Part shown: positions 27,662 through 38,490 of the stretch, in pieces
Layout of the letters: each line of letters begins with the position of its first letter
How positions within the stretch are numbered: the first letter of the stretch is position 1
Source: Bacillota bacterium
GTDB taxonomy: Bacteria > Bacillota > DTU025
Length of the DNA stretch: 64,000 bases
Assembly: GCA_050951805.1 (NCBI GenBank)
Contig: JBMNJT010000002.1
Span: forward strand, 800,001 to 864,000
Reading direction: 5' to 3'
Notes under the pieces: generated by a model
Told to the model about the DNA's origin: nothing
What the model saw: only the letters and a program-made list of their open reading frames with translations
Database searches by the model: none
Made by a program: the position numbers and the translations under genes

Positions 27662-29335
27662 ATGGAGAGTTCGATAAGGGTAACCCTGCCGGACGGCAGC
27701 GAGCACAACGTGGCTTCAGGCATTTCTCTTGAGGAACTGGCGAAGATCATTCCCCATGGACTCCGCTGGCCTGTGATGGCTGCTAAGGTCGACAATAACC
27801 TTAAGGAACTGACGTATGTCCTTGACACGGACGCGCATGTGGAGTTTGTTGACATGGGCGATTCAGATGGCATGAGGGTGTACACCCGGACTGGAATCCT
27901 CGTGTTGGTGATGGCCGCCCGTGAAGTGCTCAAGGATTGCCGCGTAATCATACAGCATTCGCTCTCGAACGGCCTGTATGGCGAGATCAAATGGACAAGG
28001 CCGCTTACTGAGGCGCACGTTCGCGCGATTGAACAGCGGATGCGGGAGATTGTTGAGGCCGACAAGCCTATAAACAGAAAGCGTATGCTCGTGGAAGATG
28101 CCATAGAGCTATTCAGAGTAGATGGACAGATGGACAAGGCTCGGTTGCTTCGGTATCGGAAGGCCGACACGGTCAACATATACGAATGCGGTTGGCTAAG
28201 CGATTACCTATATGGGTACATGGCGCCTAGCACGGGATATTTCGGCACTTTCAGGCTTCGACATTATTTGCCAGGGTTTATCTTGGAACTGCCAAGAAGG
28301 AGCAACCCGCTGGAATTGCCCGAGTACGTTGAGCAGGGTAAGCTTGCCAATGTTTACTTTGAGGCGGAGAAATGGGGGCGGGTCCTTGGAGTAAACGATG
28401 TGGCATCCCTCAATGACGTGATCCGCGCGGGCAATATCGATGCTTTAATTCAAATCGTGGAGGCGCTCCACGAGAAAAAGGTTGCCCAGATTGCCGACGT
28501 TATTGCTCAGAACCGGGACAGGATAGCGGTAGTGCTCATTGCCGGCCCTTCATCCTCGGGAAAGACCACTTTCGCTCAACGCCTGTGGGTCCAGTTGAGA
28601 GTGAATGGGCTGAACCCTGTTCCACTCTCTCTCGACGACTACTTCGTCGATCGCGCGAATACCCCCGTCGATGAAGAGGGCGAATACGACTTCGAGACCA
28701 TAGAGGCAATCGATATTCCGTTGCTCAATGAGCACATTACCCGCCTGATTCAGGGCGAAGAGGTCGAAGTTCCTGTCTTTGATTTTATCGAAGGCAAGCG
28801 GTCCTCGAAGGGTCGTCCCATCAAACTTGGACAGGATCAGATGCTCATCATTGAGGGGATACACGGGCTCAACGATGAGTTGACTAGATCTATTCCGATG
28901 GGCCGAAAATTCAAGATATATGCATCGGCCCTTACTCATCTCAATATTGATGATCACAACCGGATACCAACGACTGATGTGAGGATCCTGAGGAGGCTGG
29001 TGAGGGACAATCTCTTCCGTGGGCACAGCGCGAAGGACACCATAAGGATGTGGCCTAAGGTTAGGGCTGGAGAGGAAAGGAACATTTTCCCTTTCCAAGA
29101 GACTGCCGATGTGATGTTCAATACGGCGTTAGCCTATGAGCTTGCGGTGTTGAAGCCATATGCCGATCCGCTGTTGGCCGCGATTGGACAGGAGGATCCC
29201 GAGTATATAGAGGCTAAGCGTTTGCGCAAGTTCCTTGCGTACATCCTTCCGGTAGAGAGGGCTGATATTCCTCCTAATTCCATCATGCGGGAGTTTCTTG
29301 GAGGGTCCTGTTTTGGAAGAATGCGTGACGCCTGA
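27662..29335 (+). CDS. Nucleoside (uridine) kinase-family protein with N-terminal TGS/ThrRS-like domain
   Basis: N-terminal ThrRS-like region, AGPSSSGKTT, SLDDYF, IIEGIHGLN, GEERNIFPFQ. Confidence 0.88.
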   Translation: MESSIRVTLPDGSEHNVASGISLEELAKIIPHGLRWPVMAAKVDNNLKELTYVLDTDAHVEFVDMGDSDGMRVYTRTGILVLVMAAREVLKDCRVIIQHSLSNGLYGEIKWTRPLTEAHVRAIEQRMREIVEADKPINRKRMLVEDAIELFRVDGQMDKARLLRYRKADTVNIYECGWLSDYLYGYMAPSTGYFGTFRLRHYLPGFILELPRRSNPLELPEYVEQGKLANVYFEAEKWGRVLGVNDVASLNDVIRAGNIDALIQIVEALHEKKVAQIADVIAQNRDRIAVVLIAGPSSSGKTTFAQRLWVQLRVNGLNPVPLSLDDYFVDRANTPVDEEGEYDFETIEAIDIPLLNEHITRLIQGEEVEVPVFDFIEGKRSSKGRPIKLGQDQMLIIEGIHGLNDELTRSIPMGRKFKIYASALTHLNIDDHNRIPTTDVRILRRLVRDNLFRGHSAKDTIRMWPKVRAGEERNIFPFQETADVMFNTALAYELAVLKPYADPLLAAIGQEDPEYIEAKRLRKFLAYILPVERADIPPNSIMREFLGGSCFGRMRDA

Positions 29336-29439
29336 TGTAATGTTTTATTCTTCTGTAGGATCGTGGAAATGGATAAAGAAATGAGCAACCCTTCGTTAGG
29401 ACGAGGCTTGCGAGTAGACAACGAGAAGGTGCAGGTTGT

Positions 29440-30534
29440 ATGAGAATTGGCATAGTGGGCATGCCGGGAGCGGGGAAGACGACCCTATTTCGTCTCCTGA
29501 CCGGAGTTGCCCCGTCGCGCAAACAGGATGCGAGCATCGGGATGGCTCGAGTTCCGGATGCTCGTATCGATCTTTTGAGCAAGATGTATCAGCCTAAGAA
29601 GACTACTTATGCACAGCTAGAGGTAGTGGACTTGGCAGGAAGGGCATCATCTGGATCAACGTTCGACGACTTTAGCTCGAACAAACGTGGAATTGCACGG
29701 GGGTTAACACTGCTCATCAACCATATGAGGAATGTTGATGCTCTTGTAAACGTAGTCCGCACATTCGACTCCTTGGAGCTGGGAGAACCCAATCCCCTTG
29801 CAGATGCGTCGGCGCTGACCGACGAGCTAATCCTGGCTGACATGGCTATTGCAGAAGCCCGGATAGAGCGGTTGAATTCCTCAAGAAAGCGTACAGAAGA
29901 GGAAGATAAGGAATTGGCCCTCATGGAGCGATTGGACGAGGAGTTTGGCGCTGGGCGCAGCCTCAGGGATATCCAGCTCGAGCCGGAGGAAGCTGCGGGA
30001 CTTCGAGGATACGGACTGCTGTCGGTGAAGCCCATTGTGGTAGTTGCCAACATGAGTGAAGAGCAATTCAGAGAAGGAAAGTTTCCTCGAGACAGTCAAC
30101 TTCAAGAGTATTGTTGCGAACGAAGCATACCCCTGATCAGATTGGCGGCGGAGATAGAGGCGGAAATTGCGGAGCTCGATTCTGACGACAAAGATCTGTT
30201 CATGGCTGCTTACGGAATAGAGGTTAGCGGTATTGAGCAGGTATCGCGCGCAGTCTATGATAGCCTGGGACTTGTCTCTTTCTTCACTGTCGGTGAAGAT
30301 GAGGTTCGCGCGTGGCCGATTGAGAACGGGACCACAGCAAAGCGTGCGGCGGGGAAGATTCATTCCGACATTGAACGAGGTTTTATCCGGGCGGAAGTCG
30401 TTGCGTGTGACGACCTCATGTCAGCCGGATCTCTAGCCGATGCCAGATCAGCCGGGAGTGTGAGGCTTGAGGGCAAGGAATATGTGATGGCCGATGGCGA
30501 CATTGTCAACTTTCGTTTCAGCCCTGCCCACTAG
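29440..30534 (+). CDS. ychF: YchF-family ATPase/GTPase
   Basis: GIVGMPGAGKTTLF, VPDAR, FFTVGEDEVRAW, AAGKIHSDIERGFIRAE, RLEGKEY. Divergent, possibly a paralog. Confidence 0.88.
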   Translation: MRIGIVGMPGAGKTTLFRLLTGVAPSRKQDASIGMARVPDARIDLLSKMYQPKKTTYAQLEVVDLAGRASSGSTFDDFSSNKRGIARGLTLLINHMRNVDALVNVVRTFDSLELGEPNPLADASALTDELILADMAIAEARIERLNSSRKRTEEEDKELALMERLDEEFGAGRSLRDIQLEPEEAAGLRGYGLLSVKPIVVVANMSEEQFREGKFPRDSQLQEYCCERSIPLIRLAAEIEAEIAELDSDDKDLFMAAYGIEVSGIEQVSRAVYDSLGLVSFFTVGEDEVRAWPIENGTTAKRAAGKIHSDIERGFIRAEVVACDDLMSAGSLADARSAGSVRLEGKEYVMADGDIVNFRFSPAH

Positions 30535-30625
30535 CATACTGATGGTCCAACGAATACCTATGCCCCAGTCGCGGGATGATACGTATAGCGATACGTCCGT
30601 TATTCCATCGGAAGGGGGTGCGGGA

Positions 30626-30844
30626 TTGGTTCAACAGCAAGGGTTGACGCCTCGCGAGGTCTTGTATGCTCAAGACCAGCTCAGCAAGGAGCAGCTGTGT
30701 TTGAAGAAGTGTAGCATCTATTCGAACCAGATCCAAGATCCGCAGCTGAAGGGTAGCGTTCAGAGGATGATGGAGTCATGCCAACGCCATGTCAATGCCC
30801 TTTCGGGGCTTGTGGGTCAGTCAGGACAGATGCCAATGCAATGA
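30626..30844 (+). CDS. Small spore-coat-associated ferritin-like protein
   Basis: LTPREVLY..D.L..EQL..KKC..Y..QIQDPQLK; TTG after GGGGG RBS. Confidence 0.7.
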   Translation: MVQQQGLTPREVLYAQDQLSKEQLCLKKCSIYSNQIQDPQLKGSVQRMMESCQRHVNALSGLVGQSGQMPMQ

Positions 30845-30879
30845 TCTTAGAATGGTCCGAAACCGAAAGGAGGAGAACT

Positions 30880-31113
30880 ATGGACCAGAACAGGCTGAGC
30901 GACAGGGATATTGCTGCTGATCTGTTGAGTGACCTCAAGGAGTTGGCGCTGGGATATCACATGGCTACAGTGGAGGCGTCAAACCAGAGCGTGCGCGAAA
31001 CCTTCAAGAACAGTCATGATGACTGGATGAATGAGCAACGCGGGCTCTGGCAGACTATGTATTCAAAAGGCTGGTATCAATTACCTCAGACCGGACCAGG
31101 CAAGGGAATGTAG
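30880..31113 (+). CDS. Coat F domain spore coat protein
   Basis: LSDRDIA.D.L...K.....Y.....EASN..VR..F.......M..KGWY; AGGAGG RBS. Confidence 0.8.
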   Translation: MDQNRLSDRDIAADLLSDLKELALGYHMATVEASNQSVRETFKNSHDDWMNEQRGLWQTMYSKGWYQLPQTGPGKGM

Positions 31114-31184
31114 TCTCAATTTCAAGGCGGATTGAGTGTGACGGAATCGGGCTGCATTGATGTGTGCAGTATCTGAATATGTAA

Positions 31185-31215
31185 ATGGCGGCCGGAGAAG
31201 TATCCGGCCGCCGAT
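31185..31215 (+). terminator. Terminator stem-loop serving as intron target
   Basis: ggcggccgga-gaagta-tccggccgcc directly before the intron 5' end. Confidence 0.75.
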
Positions 31216-31217
31216 TC

Positions 31218-33309
31218 GTTCGCCCGGCATGTTTGTTGAGCCGATGGACTGAAAGAAGTCCTGTCACCTAACCAGCGGGAAGACAACCCCAAGGCAAGGG
31301 CGTCGCTGAAAGCGGCGGGGTCTGAAGGAAGCTTTAAGGGGGAACACGGAACGTAGCGAAAGCGAACCGAAGTTGGCCTGTCAGGTGGGTAACCTTGCGA
31401 AGTATGGGAAAGCCCGAAAGCTGGATAACCTGGGGGGTTAGGACGGACGGGTTCGTGTTCAGGCAGACAAACTTAACCGGGGAAGCCCTGCATCATCCAG
31501 ATAGCTGGTAAGCCCAAACAAGCGGAGACGCAAGGATGGGAATATGTGGTGTGGGGTGGCAGATGAGTCCGTAGTAGTTATGAACCCTCAGCCCATGAAA
31601 GCTGGCAACAGACCGGAGGATAAAACTGAGGGGACAGCGGCCGGGAGCTGCTGGGCTGCATAGGCCAAAAGCCTGTGCAGTTGCGAAGGGACGAAGGCAA
31701 ACCAAAGCGTGCAACCTAGTTACAGGCAAGCATGGGAGAGAGATAACAGAGGCTGAAATGCCGATGGGAACGGGGGAGCCGGGGGCGACGAGTCTGCTGG
31801 TCCCTGCGCCCGCTCAGCAGAGTATCAAAGTTTCGCGGGGTAGATTGCCTTAGAGCTAGAGACGCCTCGCAAGCCTTGGGAAGAAACTGCAACCATGCAA
31901 GCTTGATGGCCAAGGAAGCACGGCGAGATGAAGGAGCTAATTGATGAAACACTACAGCTTGATCGATAAGGTTTACCGGATGGATAACCTTAGAGCTGCA
32001 TACAGGGCCGTCAGGGCCAACAACGGGGCTCCCGGGATAGACGGTGAGACCGTGGACGCCTTCGGCGAGAACCTGGAAGCCAGGCTGGCAGAGATTTATC
32101 AGGAGCTCAGATCAGGATCTTACGAACCAAGTCCGGTGCGGCGGGTAGAGATACCGAAGCCAGACGGAAGCAAAAGGCCTCTTGGCATACCCACCGTTGG
32201 CGACAGAGTAGTGCAGCAAGCGCTGCTCAATGTGGTTCAGCCAATCTTCGACCCCGAATTCCATCCATCAAGCTATGGGTACCGACCCGGGCGATCCTGT
32301 CATCAAGCAGTGGCAAAGGCAGAGAGGTTCATTAATCGCTACGGTCTCAAGCACGTAGTGGACATGGACTTGTCAAAATGCTTTGACCGACTCGATCATG
32401 ACCTGATCATTGAGTCTGTGAACCGAAAGGTCAGCGACGGAAGCATACTTAAGCTGATCCGGAAGTTCCTTGAAGCAGGAGTCATGAAAGACGGGGCCTG
32501 GGAGGAAACAACCATAGGCAGTCCGCAAGGCGGAGTAATATCGCCTCTTCTTGCCAACATCTATCTTGACTACTTTGATCAAAAGATGAAGTCAAAGGAC
32601 ATCAGGATAGTGAGGTACGCTGACGATATACTCATCTTTGCGCGGACAAGGCGACAGGCGGAAAAGTTCTTGGAGATAGCGTGCGAGATCCTTGAGGGCG
32701 AGTTAAAGCTCGTTGTGAACAGGGATAAAACGCACATAACCAGCGTCTATAAGGGAGTGCCCTACCTTGGGTTTGTCATATACCCTAAGGTAGTAAGCAT
32801 ACACCCCAAGAAGCTGGCGAAGTTCAAGGACGCCGTCCGCAAGCTGACTCCCCGCAATCATGGGATGAGTGTTGAGCAGATGGTGAAGCGACTGAACCGA
32901 TTCCTTCGTGGATGGATCAACTACTTTCGAATTGCGAACTGCAAGACGATAGTAGCCAGCCTGATGGGGTGGATAAGGCGGCGTCTGAGGATGAAGCAGA
33001 TGAGGGAGTGGAAGAGCTGGAGGGGCCTGCATAAAGCACTTCGAAGGCGAGGCTACTCAGGCGAATTCCTGAAGATATCCATGAGACGATGGAGGAACTC
33101 GGCAAGTCCTCTGGTCAACATGGCGCTTCCTCAGGCTTGGTTCAGTGAGATAGGACTGATTGACCTCACGAAGTATGAGGTCGGCGTCTTGCATCTCTTC
33201 TATGAAGCGAAGTGACTAAGGTTTGCCAGGAGCCGTGTACGGGGCCCGTACGCACGGTTCTGTGAGAGGGATGACGCCAGGCTGATTACCTGGCGCCACC
33301 CTACTCGAT
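31218..33309 (+). mobile_element. Intact group II intron, class IIC-like
   Basis: 5' GTTCGCCCGGCATG after a hairpin; domain V GGAGCCGTGTACGGGGCCCGTACGCACGGTTC (33229-33260); domain VI and 3' end CTACTCGAT. Confidence 0.92.
31944..33215 (+). CDS. ltrA: Group II intron reverse transcriptase/maturase (no endonuclease domain)
   Basis: GAPGIDG, RPLGIPTVGDR, SYGYRPGRS, PQGGVISPLLANIYL, RYADD, GWINYF. Confidence 0.96.
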   Translation: MKHYSLIDKVYRMDNLRAAYRAVRANNGAPGIDGETVDAFGENLEARLAEIYQELRSGSYEPSPVRRVEIPKPDGSKRPLGIPTVGDRVVQQALLNVVQPIFDPEFHPSSYGYRPGRSCHQAVAKAERFINRYGLKHVVDMDLSKCFDRLDHDLIIESVNRKVSDGSILKLIRKFLEAGVMKDGAWEETTIGSPQGGVISPLLANIYLDYFDQKMKSKDIRIVRYADDILIFARTRRQAEKFLEIACEILEGELKLVVNRDKTHITSVYKGVPYLGFVIYPKVVSIHPKKLAKFKDAVRKLTPRNHGMSVEQMVKRLNRFLRGWINYFRIANCKTIVASLMGWIRRRLRMKQMREWKSWRGLHKALRRRGYSGEFLKISMRRWRNSASPLVNMALPQAWFSEIGLIDLTKYEVGVLHLFYEAK

Positions 33310-33377
33310 ACTCAGGCGCATAAGGGCTTTTCAGATCGACGCGCAATCAGTTGATGGAGACGGAGTGTGGGTGAAGG

Positions 33378-34079
33378 ATGGGCATGAAGCTAATAGCGTT
33401 TGACATGGACGGTACTCTGACACAGGAACCGAGCTCGTGGGAATACGTACATCGCCGCTTCGGGCTATGGACAGGCCGTGCTGAGGCGCATATGATGCGC
33501 TTTCTGTCAGGGGAAATCACATATGAGGAGTTTTCTATCCTGGATGCGCAGGAATGGAAGGGGATGTTGCATGCGGAGATCGAGCGCACGCTCGGCGAGA
33601 TTCACTATGCTAGATGTGCGCAGGAGGTAGTAGATGCCGCACGATCTCATGGAGCATTCACGGCTTTGATATCGTCTGGCATCTTAGCGCTTGCTCGACG
33701 CGTCGCCAGTGATCTTGGCATAGATCGCGTTTTCGCAAACGAGCTGGTGGCAAGGGAGGGTGTGATGACAGGCGATGTAGTGATAAATGTTTCAATTGAT
33801 GAACCGCATATGACAAAAGGTGCTGTCTTGAGAAGGCTCAAAATGGAGCTCGGAGCCGATACAGACGAGACGTGGGCTGTCGGTGACAACTGGGGGGACA
33901 TAGGCATGTTCCGCGAAGCAGGGACTGCCGTATTGGTGGCGCCTACACCCGAGGATAGGGAGAAGGTCGTCGTGGCAGTCCCGAACGTCGTATGTGTGCC
34001 AAGCTTATGCCATGTCGTCAGTCTTATCAGCCGAATCGGAGCTGGCGATTCCTGCAGTCCCGGCGCAACCGGCGGCTGA
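33378..34079 (+). CDS. HAD-IB phosphatase (phosphoserine phosphatase-like)
   Basis: FDMDGTL, ISSG, FANEL, K, VGDNWGD. Confidence 0.85.
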   Translation: MGMKLIAFDMDGTLTQEPSSWEYVHRRFGLWTGRAEAHMMRFLSGEITYEEFSILDAQEWKGMLHAEIERTLGEIHYARCAQEVVDAARSHGAFTALISSGILALARRVASDLGIDRVFANELVAREGVMTGDVVINVSIDEPHMTKGAVLRRLKMELGADTDETWAVGDNWGDIGMFREAGTAVLVAPTPEDREKVVVAVPNVVCVPSLCHVVSLISRIGAGDSCSPGATGG

Positions 34080-36206
34080 GGTGTCCTGCATATCCAATTC
34101 GGGCTCTGGCATGAGTTCGTCCTTGTATTGGAGGCGGTAAAGATCATAGTATAGCCCTCGCTTGGCGAGGAGTTCCTGGTGGGTGCCTTCCTCTCGAATG
34201 CGGCCCTTATGGATCACGATGATCTTGTCGGCGTGTTGGATCGTCGACAGTCTGTGGGCGACCACGATCGTTGTGCGGCCTGCGATCAGCTTTGGCAAAG
34301 CGTCTTGTATGAGCAGCTCAGTCTCGGTATCGATATTTGCTGTCGCCTCGTCGAGAACGAGTATTGACGGATCAGAGGCGAGGGCTCGAGCGAACGCAAG
34401 CAACTGTCTTTGGCCGGCAGACAGTGTCGAGCCGCGCTCAGTGACGGGCTCGTCGTAGCCATTGGGCAATTTGGAGATGAAATGGTCGGCATTTACGTAG
34501 CGCGCCACTTCTTTGATTTTTTCATCTGAGATATCCACGTTGTTCAGCCTGATGTTGCTCTTTATGTCTCCAGCGAACAGGAACACGTCTTGGAGCACTG
34601 CTGCGATATTGCGCCGAAGGTCTGCGACCCTGTAACTGCGAATATCGACTCCGTCTATGAGTATTTGCCCTTTCTGGATATCATAGAGCCGGTTTATCAA
34701 GCTTGTTATTGAGGTTTTGCCTGCGCCGGTAGCGCCAACGAACGCCACTACTTCGCCTGGTTCGATGGTGAAGTTGATGTCGCGAAGCACCCAATCGGCA
34801 TCGTTGTAGGCAAACCACACATTCTTAAACTCTATTCGACCGTCCAACCGATCAACAGAAACGGGATTCTCGGGGTCTTTTACCATGATCTCGGTGTCCA
34901 TCAGCTGGAATAGGCGTTCAGATGCTGCCATCGCCGCTTGCATGAGATTGTATTTCTCGGTCAGATCGTTTATAGGGCCGAAGAACATGCTGACGTAATT
35001 GATGAAGGCATAAACCATGCCAAACTGCATAGTCCCTGAGATGACGTTCCTGCCGCCGTACCATACGACCAGAGCTAGCGCGCCCGTTCCTATGAGCTCC
35101 ATTATGGGTCTGAATATCGCATATACCATCATCTCACCAATGCCCGCGCGATAGTATTCGCGATTGACATTTACGAAATCGTCATAGTTCCTTTGCTGCC
35201 GATTGAAGATCTGAACGATCTTCATGCCAGAGATGTTCTCAGCCAATGTCGAGTTGATCCGCGCCAGCGCAGTTCGGACTTGCCTGTATGCCTGTCTGGC
35301 CTTGGTACGGAAGATGATGGTCGAGACGATTATCAGGGGCAAGGCTGCAAGGGACAGGAGAGCGAGCTGCGTATCGAGACGGAACATCACAACGATTATC
35401 CCGACCAGCATGAACACGTCCTTGAAGAGGTTAACGATTACGCTGGTATACATCTCATTGAGAGTCTCGGTATCATTTGTCACCCTGGTCACCAGGCGGC
35501 CCACGGGATTCGTGTCGAAGAACGCTACATCCATGTGCTGAAGATGTGTGAATACCTCTTCGCGAATTTCATATATTATCCGTTGGCCGGCTCGTTGCAG
35601 CAGGACTGTTTGCCCGTAGTTGAGGATGAATGCCAGGGCGCCGACTAGGAGCAGAATAATGGCTAATCTTGATACTGCGGCAAGGTCTTGCTCCCGAAAG
35701 ATGCCGATATTCTCGTGCCCTTCGATTATTTGGGCCGGGTGTTCGACCTCGTCTACGATGAGCACTAGGCCTGAATCCGTTGTTGCCAATTGAGCGGGGC
35801 CGTGATCCGGCGGGAGCGCTCCAGATATGAGAACATACTGATCGGAGATGTTCAGAAGCTGGAAAAGGGCTTCCGGCTCGTATTCATCCGCATGGTTGCT
35901 GGGCAAGTCTTTGATGCGGACGTAGACGTGCCCATTGTAATGTATCATGCGATTATCTCGAATACCTGCGGGAACCGCCTCAGGTTCATAGCGAGCCATA
36001 GGGGCATCGTATCCAGAGATGTAATCGTCCATAGCAGTCTTGATAAGGTATGGCCTGACTAGATCTGTTCCCGCGATTATCATGATAACTATTATTCCTA
36101 GCACGAACGTTTTGCGGTATGGTGCGGCGTACGACATTAGTCGCCGTATAAGCTGTGAATCGTACACTTTTCCGATGATTTGTTCCTCTTCCTCATAACC
36201 GTTCAC
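34005..36206 (-). CDS. ABC exporter ATP-binding/permease (heterodimer subunit, YheH-like)
   Basis: TMD plus GATGAGKT, LSAGQRQ, LDEATA; large loop after TM1. Confidence 0.93.
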   Translation of the reverse strand: MNGYEEEEQIIGKVYDSQLIRRLMSYAAPYRKTFVLGIIVIMIIAGTDLVRPYLIKTAMDDYISGYDAPMARYEPEAVPAGIRDNRMIHYNGHVYVRIKDLPSNHADEYEPEALFQLLNISDQYVLISGALPPDHGPAQLATTDSGLVLIVDEVEHPAQIIEGHENIGIFREQDLAAVSRLAIILLLVGALAFILNYGQTVLLQRAGQRIIYEIREEVFTHLQHMDVAFFDTNPVGRLVTRVTNDTETLNEMYTSVIVNLFKDVFMLVGIIVVMFRLDTQLALLSLAALPLIIVSTIIFRTKARQAYRQVRTALARINSTLAENISGMKIVQIFNRQQRNYDDFVNVNREYYRAGIGEMMVYAIFRPIMELIGTGALALVVWYGGRNVISGTMQFGMVYAFINYVSMFFGPINDLTEKYNLMQAAMAASERLFQLMDTEIMVKDPENPVSVDRLDGRIEFKNVWFAYNDADWVLRDINFTIEPGEVVAFVGATGAGKTSITSLINRLYDIQKGQILIDGVDIRSYRVADLRRNIAAVLQDVFLFAGDIKSNIRLNNVDISDEKIKEVARYVNADHFISKLPNGYDEPVTERGSTLSAGQRQLLAFARALASDPSILVLDEATANIDTETELLIQDALPKLIAGRTTIVVAHRLSTIQHADKIIVIHKGRIREEGTHQELLAKRGLYYDLYRLQYKDELMPEPELDMQDTSAAGCAGTAGIASSDSADKTDDMA

Positions 36207-36228
36207 TTACATCTCACCTCTCCCCCGG

Positions 36229-37980
36229 TCAGCTTCTGCTGGCCAGCTCCTCTTCCAGCAGCTGTTTCTCATAGATCTCACTGTAAAGCCCTGCCTGGGC
36301 CAGCAAGGACGCGTGGGTTCCACGTTCGATTATTTTGCCGTCATCAAGCACTATTATCTCGTCAGCATCCTTTACAGTGGAGATGCGGTGAGAGATGATT
36401 ATGCTTGTTCTATCATGCATGAATTCGCTAAGCCCACGAAGTATACTTTCCTCTGTCTGAGTGTCTACGGCTGACAACGAGTCATCAAGAATGAGGATCT
36501 TAGGCTCTGTTATAAGGGCCCGCGCTATGGAGATCCGTTGCTTCTGACCGCCTGACAACGTTACTCCGCGTTCGCCGACTTTTGTGTCGAAGCCTTCAGG
36601 GAAGCCCATTATGTCATCGTATACATGTGCTATCTTTGCGTAGTGGCATATCTCCTCGGGCGAGAAGTCCCTGTCTGCGAAGGCGATGTTCTCCCCAATC
36701 GTGCAGGAGAACAGGAACGTGTCTTGCGGCACACATCCGATCTGGTTGCGGAGCGAGCTCAGTGTAACGTTGCGGATGTCGTGACCGTCTATGAATACTG
36801 AACCTTCAGGTGGATTGTAGAGTCTGGTCAATAAGTTGACTATAGTCGTCTTGCCGCTTCCGGTCCGGCCCACTACTGCCAGGGTCTTTCCTGCGTCTAT
36901 CTTGAAGGAAATATCGGAGAGCGCCGGAGGCACCCCGTCTCGGTAGGAGAAGGTCAGATTCCTGAACTCAATGGTCCCTGTGACGTCCTCTAGCTCAATT
37001 GCGCCGGGCTCATCCGCAACCTCCGGGACCTCGTTCAGCACGGCGTTAAGCCTGTCGAGGGCGGTGAACCCGCGCTCCATGACGTTTATGACCCATCCAA
37101 GCGCTATCATTGGCCATACCAGCATGGCTAGGTAGCTCGTGAAAGCTACAAAATCTCCGAGAGAGATCTGTTGGTACATTATCATTGACGAACCATATCG
37201 AAGGACAACTGCGTAGGCGAGCGCAGTTGCCAGACCGCTCAAAGGCGACATGAGCCCCCATATCTTCACAAGGTCTATGTTTGCGTCAACATTCTTCTGG
37301 GCTACAGCCATGAATTTCGCAATCTCAGCGTCTTCCTGCACAAAAGATTTTGTGACCCGTATGCCTGCTATGCTTTCTTGAGCTCGATCCGAGAGTTCTC
37401 CAAAGGCCTCGTGCACAGCTAGATGCCGTGGATTTATGATCTTGCTAAAAGCCGCGGTAGACACAGCCAACAGCGGAAATGGAAGCAAAGCGAAGATTGC
37501 CAGACGAATGGGGACCGTTCTGAACAGGATTATCAGTGTCGCCGTGGTCATGAATATGGAGTCGGTAATGAGTATGAAGCCTTGCCCGAAGGCTTGCCTC
37601 ACCGATGGGATATCGTTCGTTGCATGTGCCATGAGCTCGCCGGTCTTGTGCTCGGTGTAGTAGCGGGCGGGCAGCTTCTGAAGGTGGGCGAAGAGCTTAT
37701 TGCGTAGCTCGAAATCGAGCAACCTTGCAGTGCCCATAATGAAGATGCGCCACAGGAATCTTCCTATTGCTATGCCGCACGCTATTGCAAGAATAATGAG
37801 AACATGTTTTTTGAGGCCTTCCGGTGTAAGGGAACCTTCGCGGAGTGCATCAGTAACATTTCCGAGGATCTTTGGAACCACAAGCTGCAGAGCGTCGACG
37901 ATAATAAGAGTGAGTATTCCTAAGACATAGCGCCACCAGTACTTGGCAAAGAAATCCTTCAAGTGTTCTGTCCGCTTCAA
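36229..37980 (-). CDS. ABC exporter ATP-binding/permease (YheI-like)
   Basis: GRTGSGKT, LSGGQKQR, degenerate LDDSLSAVD site typical of heterodimeric exporters. Confidence 0.93.
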   Translation of the reverse strand: MKRTEHLKDFFAKYWWRYVLGILTLIIVDALQLVVPKILGNVTDALREGSLTPEGLKKHVLIILAIACGIAIGRFLWRIFIMGTARLLDFELRNKLFAHLQKLPARYYTEHKTGELMAHATNDIPSVRQAFGQGFILITDSIFMTTATLIILFRTVPIRLAIFALLPFPLLAVSTAAFSKIINPRHLAVHEAFGELSDRAQESIAGIRVTKSFVQEDAEIAKFMAVAQKNVDANIDLVKIWGLMSPLSGLATALAYAVVLRYGSSMIMYQQISLGDFVAFTSYLAMLVWPMIALGWVINVMERGFTALDRLNAVLNEVPEVADEPGAIELEDVTGTIEFRNLTFSYRDGVPPALSDISFKIDAGKTLAVVGRTGSGKTTIVNLLTRLYNPPEGSVFIDGHDIRNVTLSSLRNQIGCVPQDTFLFSCTIGENIAFADRDFSPEEICHYAKIAHVYDDIMGFPEGFDTKVGERGVTLSGGQKQRISIARALITEPKILILDDSLSAVDTQTEESILRGLSEFMHDRTSIIISHRISTVKDADEIIVLDDGKIIERGTHASLLAQAGLYSEIYEKQLLEEELASRS

Positions 37981-38309
37981 ATGGGCTTCCCCCCCGACTC
38001 TTGAAGCTCATAAATAGAATACCATACCATTATACTCTACAGATATTGCGGTTGAAAGAGCGCAAAATCCCGAGGCATCTGCGTTGTAGCCGATTTCTCG
38101 CACACGCCAGTTACACAATTTAGCGAGAGCAACTTCCTTCCTGGCAATAAAGGAGCCTCATTTGCCGAGATAGGCGGCAGCAGGCTGCTTTTATACAGCA
38201 TGTATAAGGCCTATTATCCTACCGAGTTATCGAGAATCTCGTCAACCTCTTTTTAGTGCTTCATGAGATTGCAAAAAGATCCGGTGTGCGCCGATGATCA
38301 GGGGACTTC

Positions 38310-38490
38310 CTCCACAACCAGCGTAATGTCGAGATTGCAAACCTGGCGGAGCTGTCCGTTTTTCATTAGCTCTGACGAAGACCCTTGGTAGTCTTATGTT
38401 GAGAGGCGACGCCTGCCATTACCCCTTTCATCCTCTAGCGCTTGCATCAACTCAGTCACGTCTTCGCTAGATGATTCCAGATACTCCGCA
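38310..38490 (-). pseudogene. Transposase N-terminal fragment (DDE IS relic)
   Basis: Frameshifted ELMQALEDERGNGR / QHKTTKGLR / ELMKNGQLRQVC resembles the Firmicutes transposase start 'LEKERGxGR..QH.S.ESLRREL.RNGQLR..C'. Confidence 0.5.

Noticed and set aside
34005-34079. 75-bp convergent overlap of the HAD and ABC genes
   Set aside because: Both tails are low-complexity extensions; there is no evidence of function.
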